IMG/VR virus record: IMGVR_UViG_3300045988_103846
Strand: one strand, 5' to 3'
DNA from: a virus
Length of the DNA: 64,000 nucleotides
Shown here: one piece after another, positions 51,655 to 59,530 of the stretch
How the letters are laid out: each line of letters starts with the position of its first letter
Position numbering within the stretch: the stretch's first letter is position 1
Notes under the pieces: generated by a model
Databases searched by the model: none
What the model saw: only the letters and a program-made list of their open reading frames with translations
What the model was told of the DNA's origin: nothing
Made by a program: the position numbers and the translations under genes

Positions 51655-51710
51655 ATTGCATTTAATTTTATTTATGCAAATATAATAATAATATATTGCA
51701 ATGCAATGGG
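51655..51710 (-). promoter_or_regulatory. early promoter copy (P2), identical to P1
   Basis: 59-nt identity with 48794-48852. Confidence 0.65.
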
Positions 51711-51716
51711 GCCCCG

Positions 51717-52031
51717 TTAGAGCTTCTCGCAGAGCTTTTCGGGAAAGTTAATTATGAATTTGTATTCCCCGAGTTCTAGATTCTCTTTGAGGCCGTTTTG
51801 GCGGGTTATTTTGATATACTTAGTAAAGGTATCTATATTCCCGTGACAGATATAGAGGAAAGTATTGTACTTCACCTGGTGTTCAAGTAGATCTGCATGA
51901 TCTGGATTAGACTGAGTGAACTTGAGAATGAAGACCATTTGGTGACCCTGTCTCTTAGAGTGATATCTGAAGTTGAGACCCCATTTCTTGAAATGGGAGA
52001 TCCAGCGTTGCACTTTTGTAGTGAAATACAT
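51717..52031 (-). CDS. hypothetical small protein (104 aa)
   Basis: ATG ORF, 4 nt after the upstream stop. Confidence 0.5.
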   Translation of the reverse strand: MYFTTKVQRWISHFKKWGLNFRYHSKRQGHQMVFILKFTQSNPDHADLLEHQVKYNTFLYICHGNIDTFTKYIKITRQNGLKENLELGEYKFIINFPEKLCEKL

Positions 52032-52035
52032 ATTC

Positions 52036-52401
52036 TTAGTCTTTTGAGTGTGTCCAATTTATGAATAGTATATGATCACTTTCGTCATATTGAAAGACAA
52101 GAACCTCCTGGTGTCCCTTGTAACTACCGTAAATAAAGGTAATTTTTCGAATCATCTCGAAACTGTCCCATTGGAATTTCTTATGAGTATGGCCTGCATA
52201 AAAGGTCTTCTCCAGAATAGTTTTGAAGTGATCCCTAATGAAGTCTACTGTAGGGTTGTCGGGAATATCAGTGATATACCAGGTAGTGTCTTTGATATCA
52301 TAAAGAAAGCTCTTTATCTTAGCTCCCTGGAGTTGGCATATCTCCTGTAGTTTCTTAGTGAGATATATTTCTCTGTCTAGATTAGTTGGAAGATTGTACA
52401 T
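52036..52401 (-). CDS. hypothetical small protein (121 aa)
   Basis: ATG ORF. Confidence 0.55.
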   Translation of the reverse strand: MYNLPTNLDREIYLTKKLQEICQLQGAKIKSFLYDIKDTTWYITDIPDNPTVDFIRDHFKTILEKTFYAGHTHKKFQWDSFEMIRKITFIYGSYKGHQEVLVFQYDESDHILFINWTHSKD

Positions 52402-52456
52402 AGCTAGCGATTTTAAGTTTGGGGGAGGGGTTGCCTCCCCCTGATGAGTCCCCGAT

Positions 52457-52900
52457 TTACTTTGTCATGGCCTTGAGAAAGCGGTTGTATGCTTCTTGGT
52501 TTTCTTCCTTGGTATTGGATTCGAAGAGCTTATTGATGTCCCGATAGGTTTCCTTGGCATAGGAGGTCCAGTCTTTCTTGAGTTCTTGGATAGCCTTGTC
52601 ATCCTTGTTCTTGAGAGCTTTGTCATATTTGGAGACATAGCTGGCAAGGGTATGCCTGAGCTCCCTGCGTTTGGCTTTTTTCTGCAGTGAGGTGAGGCCA
52701 GCCATTACCTGATCGGTGTAGACTGATACCCTGACGGATTTTACCTTGGTCTCTTTCTTGGCCTTGGTCTCCTTTGTTGGGGTGTCGGCTGCTTTTGCAG
52801 TTACTTCCTGGATAGAGTTTTCCAGTGTCTCAGTGTTGATGAGTTCGGCCTTTTGTGTTTTCTGGGTCTTAGCCTTGACCTGTTTCTTTGTTGTTTTCAT
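52457..52900 (-). CDS. K-rich protein, family C paralogue 2 (147 aa)
   Basis: Lys-rich N-terminal half. The C-terminal half aligns with 46484..46864. Confidence 0.6.
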   Translation of the reverse strand: MKTTKKQVKAKTQKTQKAELINTETLENSIQEVTAKAADTPTKETKAKKETKVKSVRVSVYTDQVMAGLTSLQKKAKRRELRHTLASYVSKYDKALKNKDDKAIQELKKDWTSYAKETYRDINKLFESNTKEENQEAYNRFLKAMTK

Positions 52901-52930
52901 GATGTGTAATATTTAGTATTAGTACTTGAA

Positions 52931-53470
52931 TTAATCTTGGATGAAGATAGCAGGCATATCTGGTATAGTGGTCATTCCCTGTTCCCAGGTGAGAAACCCT
53001 GTTCCGATGTAGTTTGGACTTGTCTCGTCATCCGGGTCAAAGGATTGCATATATGTGTTGTAGAGATTAGCCCAGAGATTGAGATCGCATTCGGGTAAAG
53101 CTTTCTGAATATCGGGATTGTCAGATTCCTTGAAAGCCCGGAGCACTGAAAAGAATTCCTCGATAGCACTTGGGATGTAGTCAAAGCATTCATCGTCTCC
53201 GACAAAGGTAACCAGATCTTTGAGAAGGTTACCGAAAGCTTCATGAAGAAAGATGTCAGCTGCCCAGGATGTACCGTGTATCTCATAGACTGATAGACAT
53301 TCGGTTCCCATTATTTCGAGCCTTTCGAGCTGTTCCTTGTTGAGTCTAGCCTTGTAGAGTTCAAGTTGTTCTGAGTTTGGGAACCCCTGGATTGTAGTAC
53401 TTGTGCAAAGGAGATATGTCTCCCCGTTGTTTGCATTGAAGCTGATGAATTTAGTGACTGTGTTTTGCAT
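52931..53470 (-). CDS. acidic small protein, family A paralogue 4 (179 aa)
   Basis: MQNTVTKFISFNANNGETY...LSVYEI...ECFDYIPSAIEEFFSVL...LWANLYNTYMQ. By hand count about 29 D/E versus 9 K/R. Confidence 0.7.
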   Translation of the reverse strand: MQNTVTKFISFNANNGETYLLCTSTTIQGFPNSEQLELYKARLNKEQLERLEIMGTECLSVYEIHGTSWAADIFLHEAFGNLLKDLVTFVGDDECFDYIPSAIEEFFSVLRAFKESDNPDIQKALPECDLNLWANLYNTYMQSFDPDDETSPNYIGTGFLTWEQGMTTIPDMPAIFIQD

Positions 53471-53540
53471 AAAATTTATTAATTTTTAATTTGCAATGCA
53501 AATATAATAAGGAAGTTGCTCTAGTTATTGAGAGCTGCTA
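53471..53540 (-). promoter_or_regulatory. early promoter copy (P3, long form)
   Basis: The minus strand reads GCAGCTCTCAATAACTAGAGCAACTTCCTTATTATATTTGCATTGCAAATTAAAAATTAATAAATTTT-ATG. Confidence 0.65.
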
Positions 53541-53786
53541 TCATAGCTGCTTGAGGAGCTCATCTAGCTCATTTTCTAGCATTGTCACCCTCTCTTTTAG
53601 AACTCGATCTGTTTTACATTGGAAACAATCATATTGATACCTTTTACAGTATTTATTCCCATTCTTTTTCAGGTAGTAGAATGCTGCACAATATCTCGTG
53701 GATAAACGTTCCCTCTCATAAAGTACTAATTGCTGTGCTGCTAATTGAAATACCTGAGAAACGCATTTTCTTTCTTCGGTAGTCAT
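53541..53786 (-). CDS. hypothetical small Cys-containing protein (81 aa)
   Basis: ATG ORF. YCKRYQYDCFQCK. Confidence 0.5.
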   Translation of the reverse strand: MTTEERKCVSQVFQLAAQQLVLYERERLSTRYCAAFYYLKKNGNKYCKRYQYDCFQCKTDRVLKERVTMLENELDELLKQL

Positions 53787-53790
53787 ATTC

Positions 53791-54033
53791 TTATACCATT
53801 TCTAGCCATTCCTTTGCAAGAGCCTCAGTGTTGAAATCTTGGATTATGAGCATGATGTTAGTGTTGTCCCAAGCAGTCCAGGCATCACTCTCTGGGTCAT
53901 AGTGATAACCTTTCTGATAGCCCGGTTTGAGAGTTTTGATGTCTCTATCCTTATCCAAGAATCGTTCCCGGATAAGGTGTTCCAGTCTTTTTTGTGAGGC
54001 TTTACCTCTCAGTATTTGTACCCGTGTTTTCAT
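53791..54033 (-). CDS. hypothetical small protein (80 aa)
   Basis: ATG ORF overlapping the upstream gene by 32 nt. Confidence 0.5.
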   Translation of the reverse strand: MKTRVQILRGKASQKRLEHLIRERFLDKDRDIKTLKPGYQKGYHYDPESDAWTAWDNTNIMLIIQDFNTEALAKEWLEMV

Positions 54034-54331
54034 CTTCGATGATGTTTAGAGCAAATTTAGTTATGACCCTGATCTGAACCCTGAGACCCGCAAGATAGAC
54101 TTTTACTGTCTTGCCTTCTGAGAAAGCCTGAGCAGCAATTGTAGCACCCAATTCTGAAAGCCTTTGGTCTAGATCCTTAAGAGCAATTTCTGGATTCTCA
54201 TCGTCCCAGAGTCCCAAGTTTGAAGATACATCCTGGAGAACTTCCTTTGGAAGGATTCCGATTCCCTGTGCCAGGTTCATATATGTCCAGAGCCTGTCTT
54301 GGTAGTTGAGTTTTGATTTGAATGTGATCAT
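54002..54331 (-). CDS. hypothetical small protein (109 aa)
   Basis: Start moved to the ATG at 54331 (MITFKSKLNYQ...). The track's extension is a translation of the promoter copy. Confidence 0.55.
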   Translation of the reverse strand: MITFKSKLNYQDRLWTYMNLAQGIGILPKEVLQDVSSNLGLWDDENPEIALKDLDQRLSELGATIAAQAFSEGKTVKVYLAGLRVQIRVITKFALNIIEDENTGTNTER

Positions 54332-54400
54332 AATGTTTATTAATTTTTTAATTTGCAATGCAAATATAATAGGGGAGTTGCTAGGGTTATCGAGAGCTCC
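54332..54400 (-). promoter_or_regulatory. early promoter copy (P4, long form)
   Basis: The minus strand reads GGGAGCTCTCGATAACCCTAGCAACTCCCCTATTATATTTGCATTGCAAATTAAAAAATTAATAAACATT-ATG. Its distal part overlaps the last codons of 54387..54887. Confidence 0.65.
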
Positions 54401-54887
54401 CATCTGAAGCTCTAATCAGGGTATAGCAAAACCTTTTTGCATCCCCAGGAGCCATCTCTATGGTATAGGGCATAAGCTCCTCATTAGCATATAACCTGAG
54501 CTGATTGTTACGAGGTTTCTCGATAACTTGAGCAGGACCAATACCACATAGGTCTCCAGGAAGAATCTCGTCAGCTTCTAAATAGAGAGCGAACAGTTCT
54601 TCCTTCTGTTTCGGGAGAAGCTGCAGAATGAATTCATCATCGGTTCTGAGTATGCACCTCCGGTATCGTCCCAAGAAATCTTTGATGAAGATGCGATTGT
54701 AGTGAGCATTGAAGCTGAATCCCAGTTTATCATCTCCATAGAAGTAGATAGCACCTTCGATAGAGTTCTTATAGAAGCCCTTAAGAGGAGTATAGAAAGG
54801 ATTTCCCGTAAAAGAAATATTGATGAATACGGTGCCTGAAAGCTTTGGATCAAGCAGTGCATTGAGAATTTGTTTTGGTGTTGCCAT
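54387..54887 (-). CDS. hypothetical protein (166 aa)
   Basis: ATG ORF. Confidence 0.55.
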   Translation of the reverse strand: MATPKQILNALLDPKLSGTVFINISFTGNPFYTPLKGFYKNSIEGAIYFYGDDKLGFSFNAHYNRIFIKDFLGRYRRCILRTDDEFILQLLPKQKEELFALYLEADEILPGDLCGIGPAQVIEKPRNNQLRLYANEELMPYTIEMAPGDAKRFCYTLIRASDGSSR

Positions 54888-54928
54888 GTTGTTAAAAGTT
54901 TTAAGGGGATCTTAAAGACCCCCTTGGA

Positions 54929-55444
54929 TTAATAAAGTAAGAAAGCTGGGAATCTTGGTGTCTGATTCATCCCCTGTTCCCAAGTGAGGATATCAGTGTC
55001 GATGTATCCCGGAGCTTTTTGCATATAAGTATTGTAAATACTAGCCCAGAGATCAAGATTGCATTGAGCAAGCCCCTCCCTGATGTTAGGGTTATCTGAC
55101 TTGCTAAAAGTCTGCAGCACTGAGAAGAATTCTTCAATAGAAGCTGGAAGAAAGTCCTCCCGTTCATCTTCCCCGAAAGCCCCGATTAATTCTTTGAGAA
55201 GATTACCGAAAGCTTCCTTGATAAAATCTTCGATAGCATAAGGTCTAGAACCCTGGAGAAGTTCATAGACTGAGAGGCACTCTGGATCAAATTCTTTGAG
55301 CTGTTCTGGAGTGAGTTTAGCTAAGTAGAAATCGATCTGATAAGAATCAGGTCTTCTTTTAAGCGAATTCCCCGTGACAAGGGTGAAAGTATCCATGTTG
55401 CAGCTGTTGAAGCTGATAAACCAGACTAGATTGTTGTTTTGCAT
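54929..55444 (-). CDS. acidic small protein, family A paralogue 5 (171 aa)
   Basis: MQNNNLVWFISFNSCNMDTF...LSVYEL...EDFLPASIEEFFSVL...LWASIYNTYMQ. Confidence 0.7.
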   Translation of the reverse strand: MQNNNLVWFISFNSCNMDTFTLVTGNSLKRRPDSYQIDFYLAKLTPEQLKEFDPECLSVYELLQGSRPYAIEDFIKEAFGNLLKELIGAFGEDEREDFLPASIEEFFSVLQTFSKSDNPNIREGLAQCNLDLWASIYNTYMQKAPGYIDTDILTWEQGMNQTPRFPAFLLY

Positions 55445-55512
55445 AATGTTTATTAATTTTTAATTTGCAATGCAAATATAATAAAGGGGTTGCTCTAGTT
55501 ATCGAGAGCTCT
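55445..55512 (-). promoter_or_regulatory. early promoter copy (P5, long form)
   Basis: The minus strand reads AGAGCTCTCGATAACTAGAGCAACCCCTTTATTATATTTGCATTGCAAATTAAAAATTAATAAACATT-ATG. Confidence 0.65.
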
Positions 55513-55544
55513 ATTGAGAGCCCAGAAGATCTCCACTCCTACCC

Positions 55545-56384
55545 TTAAGCGGGATATATCTCGATCTCAGGGTCTTCGGCATTTCTGTCTATATTCAACT
55601 CTATTTCTCTTCTTATCTCATGATGCTCATCTTCAAACGAGCCAAGAATGCCCTTATAATCCCCAGAGATCTGATCCATATCTTCCTGGGATATAGAGAC
55701 CATCTCTTTAGATGTGTCTACCCCCTGCTGTTGGGTAGCTACTACTACAGGGAATTCTGATGTATCATAATGCTCCTCTATGAATTTAGCATTAGTGACT
55801 GGCTTATCGAGTTTCTTGTTTTCTTCAATTATAACCTCAATAGCTTTGTCTAAGGTTATGCCCACATTCTCTTGGGTGTTGGTGTTTTGGTTGAATATGT
55901 TGATAGACCCTCCTCCCTGGAGAGATCGAAGGATTCCCTGGAGATTTGCAGTGCTCTGCATCTTTAGGCCCAGGACTTTGTTGACTTCTGCCGTGACAAA
56001 TGGAACATATTTCTGTCCCTGAGATCTCTGTAGTATCTTAGCCTGTCCCTCAATGGCCATTCGATCTTCTAGTGCCCAGGTTATTTGTTGGCCTATCATT
56101 GAGTTTATCAGCTCTTCTTGCTTATCTCTATCCCACAGCTTAGTGCTTAGCAGAGAGTCCCTCATCTGCATTCTTATCCTCTCGGGATCTGTCTTAAGAA
56201 AGTCTGCTAACTCTACTGCTGACATAATTCTGCCACATAACATTCCACTATTAGTTATCCAATACTGGATGAACAGAGAGTGTATTCTATCCAGAAACTC
56301 AGGTGTGGGATCCTTTCTGTAAGCTGCCATTGCCTGGGTCATTCCCAAAGGTCTTGGCAATCTGAATTCTTTAGTTTTTTTCAT
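55545..56384 (-). CDS. hypothetical protein (279 aa)
   Basis: The track's start is a GTG. The first ATG is at 56384 (MKKTKEFRLP...). Acidic C-terminus. Confidence 0.55.
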   Translation of the reverse strand: MKKTKEFRLPRPLGMTQAMAAYRKDPTPEFLDRIHSLFIQYWITNSGMLCGRIMSAVELADFLKTDPERIRMQMRDSLLSTKLWDRDKQEELINSMIGQQITWALEDRMAIEGQAKILQRSQGQKYVPFVTAEVNKVLGLKMQSTANLQGILRSLQGGGSINIFNQNTNTQENVGITLDKAIEVIIEENKKLDKPVTNAKFIEEHYDTSEFPVVVATQQQGVDTSKEMVSISQEDMDQISGDYKGILGSFEDEHHEIRREIELNIDRNAEDPEIEIYPA

Positions 56385-56470
56385 TATTCCAAAAGTTTTT
56401 ATCTGACATAGTATATACACACCAAGATTCCCCTGTGCAGAGGGGAATCTCTAGTAATATCTTTAATGAC

Positions 56471-56761
56471 CTACCATTTCAGGCTGATCTCTATGTAATC
56501 CCAATCCCTGTTCAACTTAAATACTTTGAAAGAATCTCCTGGAAAATCTGGGCTTTGGAGCAGTTTCTCAAGGGTACATATCGTGTCGGTATGTACTAAT
56601 CCTAAATCTAATCTAATATCAGCTCTATTGTTGCCCTGAAAGATGCTTATCCTGAAGGTTTGACCATTGAGCAGGGTAAAAATTTTGTCAAGGACCTGGG
56701 GAATAGGGCCTGGTGGCCCTACTTCCTTTGGTCTCGCATCTAAGTGATTATCCTTTTGCAT
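56471..56761 (-). CDS. hypothetical small protein (96 aa)
   Basis: ATG ORF. Confidence 0.5.
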   Translation of the reverse strand: MQKDNHLDARPKEVGPPGPIPQVLDKIFTLLNGQTFRISIFQGNNRADIRLDLGLVHTDTICTLEKLLQSPDFPGDSFKVFKLNRDWDYIEISLKW

Positions 56762-56764
56762 ACC

Positions 56765-57157
56765 CTAACCCTGCATTTCGGAGATTTTGCCCTGCTCAGC
56801 CTTTTTTGCCAGGGCCCTGTTTCTCCGATTTTCGATCTCCTCATGTTCTTTTGGAAAGTATTCTTTCCTGAAAGGAATTATCACCTTTGCGTAGAATGCC
56901 CCCCAAAGCTCTTTCCTTAAAGGGCCGCAGGCCTTCTTATTGGATATCGCAGAGAACTTATTTTGAATTTCCCCTATAATTATTTGGAAAATTCTAAAAT
57001 CGAACTCTAGGCCGGCATTTTTTCGGGTCTCTACTGTGATCCTTACTCTGTCCATGAATTCAGCCTTGAGATCTTCAAGGAAGAGATTTGTGTTGAAATG
57101 ATTTGCAAGCTCTGGATTATCCAGATTGTACTTTTTTACGTATTCCTTAGTTGTCAT
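56765..57157 (-). CDS. hypothetical small protein (130 aa)
   Basis: ATG ORF. Confidence 0.55.
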   Translation of the reverse strand: MTTKEYVKKYNLDNPELANHFNTNLFLEDLKAEFMDRVRITVETRKNAGLEFDFRIFQIIIGEIQNKFSAISNKKACGPLRKELWGAFYAKVIIPFRKEYFPKEHEEIENRRNRALAKKAEQGKISEMQG

Positions 57158-57158
57158 A

Positions 57159-57566
57159 TTAGATGGATTTAATGATTTGTGTTAGATAACCATATTTAGT
57201 GTCTTCCCAGTAATAGATGAAAGATAAATCTTGTCCCCGGAATGCTTGAGAAGCTTCTTTAGTCAAGCCCTTGGGTATTCCTGTTACATATAGATAATGT
57301 AGTCCTCTTGGGTCTAGAACCAGATAGGGAAATAGTTGTCCCTCAGTCCCCCAGTTGAAAGTACCCCTGACCCAGAAATCTGGAACATGAGGATCATAAT
57401 TCTGACCCGAGGGCTGGTCTTTGTCTAGAGGAAGCAGCACATCTTCTATTAAGAAGTTGGGATCGATCTCCCTCTTGGGAGTGAGCCAGTCATAGTAATG
57501 CTCTGTATTGAGAAAACGAATTCCCGTAAACTCTAATGGCAGTGTTTTTACTTGATCCGTGAACAT
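57159..57566 (-). CDS. hypothetical small protein (135 aa)
   Basis: ATG ORF. Confidence 0.55.
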   Translation of the reverse strand: MFTDQVKTLPLEFTGIRFLNTEHYYDWLTPKREIDPNFLIEDVLLPLDKDQPSGQNYDPHVPDFWVRGTFNWGTEGQLFPYLVLDPRGLHYLYVTGIPKGLTKEASQAFRGQDLSFIYYWEDTKYGYLTQIIKSI

Positions 57567-57883
57567 TTTCTTTTGGGTTTTCGGTTCTCAACTATAGCTT
57601 CTTCTTGTTCTTCTAGATCAGGCTCTGGATCCTTGGGGACTAGATGCTTGATAGAGTCGAGGCTGTTCTGGACAATTGCCCTGATGAAGAGTCTACTAGG
57701 AGCAAAGAAGTAATCTTTGATATTGTCCTTATTGATGAGCATATCATAGAGCTGGAAGAATTTTTTTCGGGTTCTGAACTTGACATCTTCTTGGATGAGA
57801 TATTGGGTCAGAACCCTTTTATGTAATTCGATAAGCTCTTTGAGTGATCTCTCAATAGCTCTTTTGGGAATAAGAGGTACCAT
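57548..57883 (-). CDS. hypothetical small protein (111 aa)
   Basis: ATG ORF. Confidence 0.5.
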   Translation of the reverse strand: MVPLIPKRAIERSLKELIELHKRVLTQYLIQEDVKFRTRKKFFQLYDMLINKDNIKDYFFAPSRLFIRAIVQNSLDSIKHLVPKDPEPDLEEQEEAIVENRKPKRKCSRIK

Positions 57884-57916
57884 AGCATTAGCATTAAAAG
57901 CATGATATAGTCAGAC

Positions 57917-58312
57917 CTAGACTAACCCTGCGGCACCCTTGAGATACTTCTTTCTGTAGTCGTTGTACTCCTTCTGAAGAGCTTTGAATTCCTTGGATGA
58001 AGAATCGACCCGTCCCATTTTGAGTTCGAGCTTGTGAAGAGTTGCCCTTACTGTGCAACGGAATTTCTTCCTGTCCATAGAAGTAATGCAGTCTTCTGGG
58101 TAAAGGTATTTGACCTCCCTTACGGTAGAGACTTCCTCGATCAGTTTCTTGTTGACTTTCTTGACGGGTGACTCCTTTGGTCGTTTGATCTTAGGCAGAC
58201 CCTTGGTCTTCGGGTCGGACTTTTTGGCCTCGGCCTTTGGCTTTGCCTGGATTGATTCCAGGGTCTTGTTCAGGATAACTTCCTGAAGTTTCTTGTTGTT
58301 TACCTGTTTCAT
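57917..58312 (-). CDS. K-rich protein, possible distant family C member (131 aa)
   Basis: Lys-rich N-terminal half, like family C. The C-terminal similarity is weak (KEFKALQKEYNDYRKKY). Confidence 0.5.
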   Translation of the reverse strand: MKQVNNKKLQEVILNKTLESIQAKPKAEAKKSDPKTKGLPKIKRPKESPVKKVNKKLIEEVSTVREVKYLYPEDCITSMDRKKFRCTVRATLHKLELKMGRVDSSSKEFKALQKEYNDYRKKYLKGAAGLV

Positions 58313-58400
58313 GACAGTTATAATTAAAATTAACGTTGGTATAATTGCATTCCCTTTGCAATTATTTCAATGCAAATATAAATATAATTTTATAAATAAT
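58313..58400 (-). promoter_or_regulatory. early promoter copy (P6, longer leader)
   Basis: The minus strand reads ...TTATATTTATATTTGCATTGAAATAATTGCAAAGGGAATGCAATTATACC... with about 57 nt to the ATG. Confidence 0.5.
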
Positions 58401-58408
58401 AAGGTGGC

Positions 58409-58684
58409 TCACTTTTGAGCTCTCTTGGAGGCTTTCTGATAAGTCTTAGCGACAGTTCTTCCTTTGTTGTCTTTGTGATAAGTAACGATCTTATTACCCT
58501 GAACTTTAGTCGTGGATGATCCAACCGATCGTCCCTGAGTATCCCTGTACTTCACCGTAATGGACCCGTTCCTGTGAGTTTGGGTAGTGTAGCTTCCCAC
58601 CGTTCTTCCCTGTCTGTCTCTTATGATTGTTTTCTGAGGAACTGTTAAAGCTAGACAGATTCCCAAGATTGCTAGTGTTCTCAT
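58409..58684 (-). CDS. small secreted protein with three tandem about 22-aa repeats (91 aa)
   Basis: Signal-peptide-like MRTLAILGICLALTV. Repeats are RDRQGRTVGSYTT..., RDTQGRSVGSSTT... and KDNKGRTVAKTY.... Confidence 0.6.
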   Translation of the reverse strand: MRTLAILGICLALTVPQKTIIRDRQGRTVGSYTTQTHRNGSITVKYRDTQGRSVGSSTTKVQGNKIVTYHKDNKGRTVAKTYQKASKRAQK

Positions 58685-58893
58685 TTGCTTTCATTTATTA
58701 GATCATTGAGTAATTCTTTGAAATGTTTCATATACCAGCAGTTCCCGCTGCAGTCTCTCTGCTGATAGATATTGTAAGCCCCACAGTGTGGAGGTGGCTC
58801 TAAACCCGCTGAATTGGGACTATAGTAGGGACAAGTAAACTTATGAGCATTTATAGCCAGCTCCAGGCTAATAGAGTTCTTCTGCTCCGCCAT
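58681..58893 (-). CDS. hypothetical small Cys-rich protein (70 aa)
   Basis: The track's start is a TTG. The first ATG is at 58893 (MAEQKNSISL...). Confidence 0.45.
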   Translation of the reverse strand: MAEQKNSISLELAINAHKFTCPYYSPNSAGLEPPPHCGAYNIYQQRDCSGNCWYMKHFKELLNDLINESK

Positions 58894-59275
58894 AGTAATC
58901 GTATAAATCTGCGTAATCAAGTGATAATTGACCGAGTACCTCTTCAACTGTGGTAGTAACGGTTGTCCCGTTGAAGTGAAGAGTGATAGTGCTAGAGGGG
59001 TTGAAATTCTTTGGGTTCACCCCCTCGGGTAGAGACTTGTTGGCAAACCTTCCCAGATCGGGTTGTTTTATCTGATAGTCATACACCTTAGTTGGCTTAG
59101 GTATTCTTATTTTAGCTTCCCTTTGACCAGCTATATATGTTACTGTAGCAAGAGCAAGAGGTATGGCAATAAACACTAGCCCAACTACCAGCTTATCCCA
59201 AGCAGTGAGTTTGTTATCTTCTATCTCTGGACCAGGGAGATTAGGTATTGGGTCCTTGATGTCGGGTATTTCCAT
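58868..59275 (-). CDS. single-pass membrane protein (135 aa)
   Basis: Hydrophobic helix LVVGLVFIAIPLALATVTYIAG. Confidence 0.55.
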   Translation of the reverse strand: MEIPDIKDPIPNLPGPEIEDNKLTAWDKLVVGLVFIAIPLALATVTYIAGQREAKIRIPKPTKVYDYQIKQPDLGRFANKSLPEGVNPKNFNPSSTITLHFNGTTVTTTVEEVLGQLSLDYADLYDYYGGAEELY

Positions 59276-59278
59276 ATT

Positions 59279-59530
59279 CTAGTGAGGAAGTTTATTGAGA
59301 TCCCATGTATTTAACTCTAGATAATCTCGACCTTGGTTATCTGGTAGATAGCCTTCGAAACAATTACCAAACTGGGTTTGAGAAGCATAGATTCGGGTAT
59401 TCAGGAGATCCTTGCGTAGTCCCTTAAAGTAATCCATAGCCCTGGACTCTTGAGTGAATACCTGAACTGTAGAAATATCGGTAACGGCATTGTAAAATTG
59501 CACCGTGTAAATCTTATAGAACCCTTTCAT
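59279..59530 (-). CDS. hypothetical small protein (83 aa)
   Basis: ATG ORF. Confidence 0.5.
   Translation of the reverse strand: MKGFYKIYTVQFYNAVTDISTVQVFTQESRAMDYFKGLRKDLLNTRIYASQTQFGNCFEGYLPDNQGRDYLELNTWDLNKLPH

Noticed and set aside
54332-54403. N-terminal extensions given in the ORF track. Examples are 54002..54403, 61524..61799, 42207..43355, 2400..3902, 21817..22692 and 19575..21383.
   Set aside because: The extensions start at non-ATG codons, or they run through promoter copies, terminator hairpins or the preceding gene. Internal ATGs placed 1-11 nt from the upstream stop give conventional gene packing.
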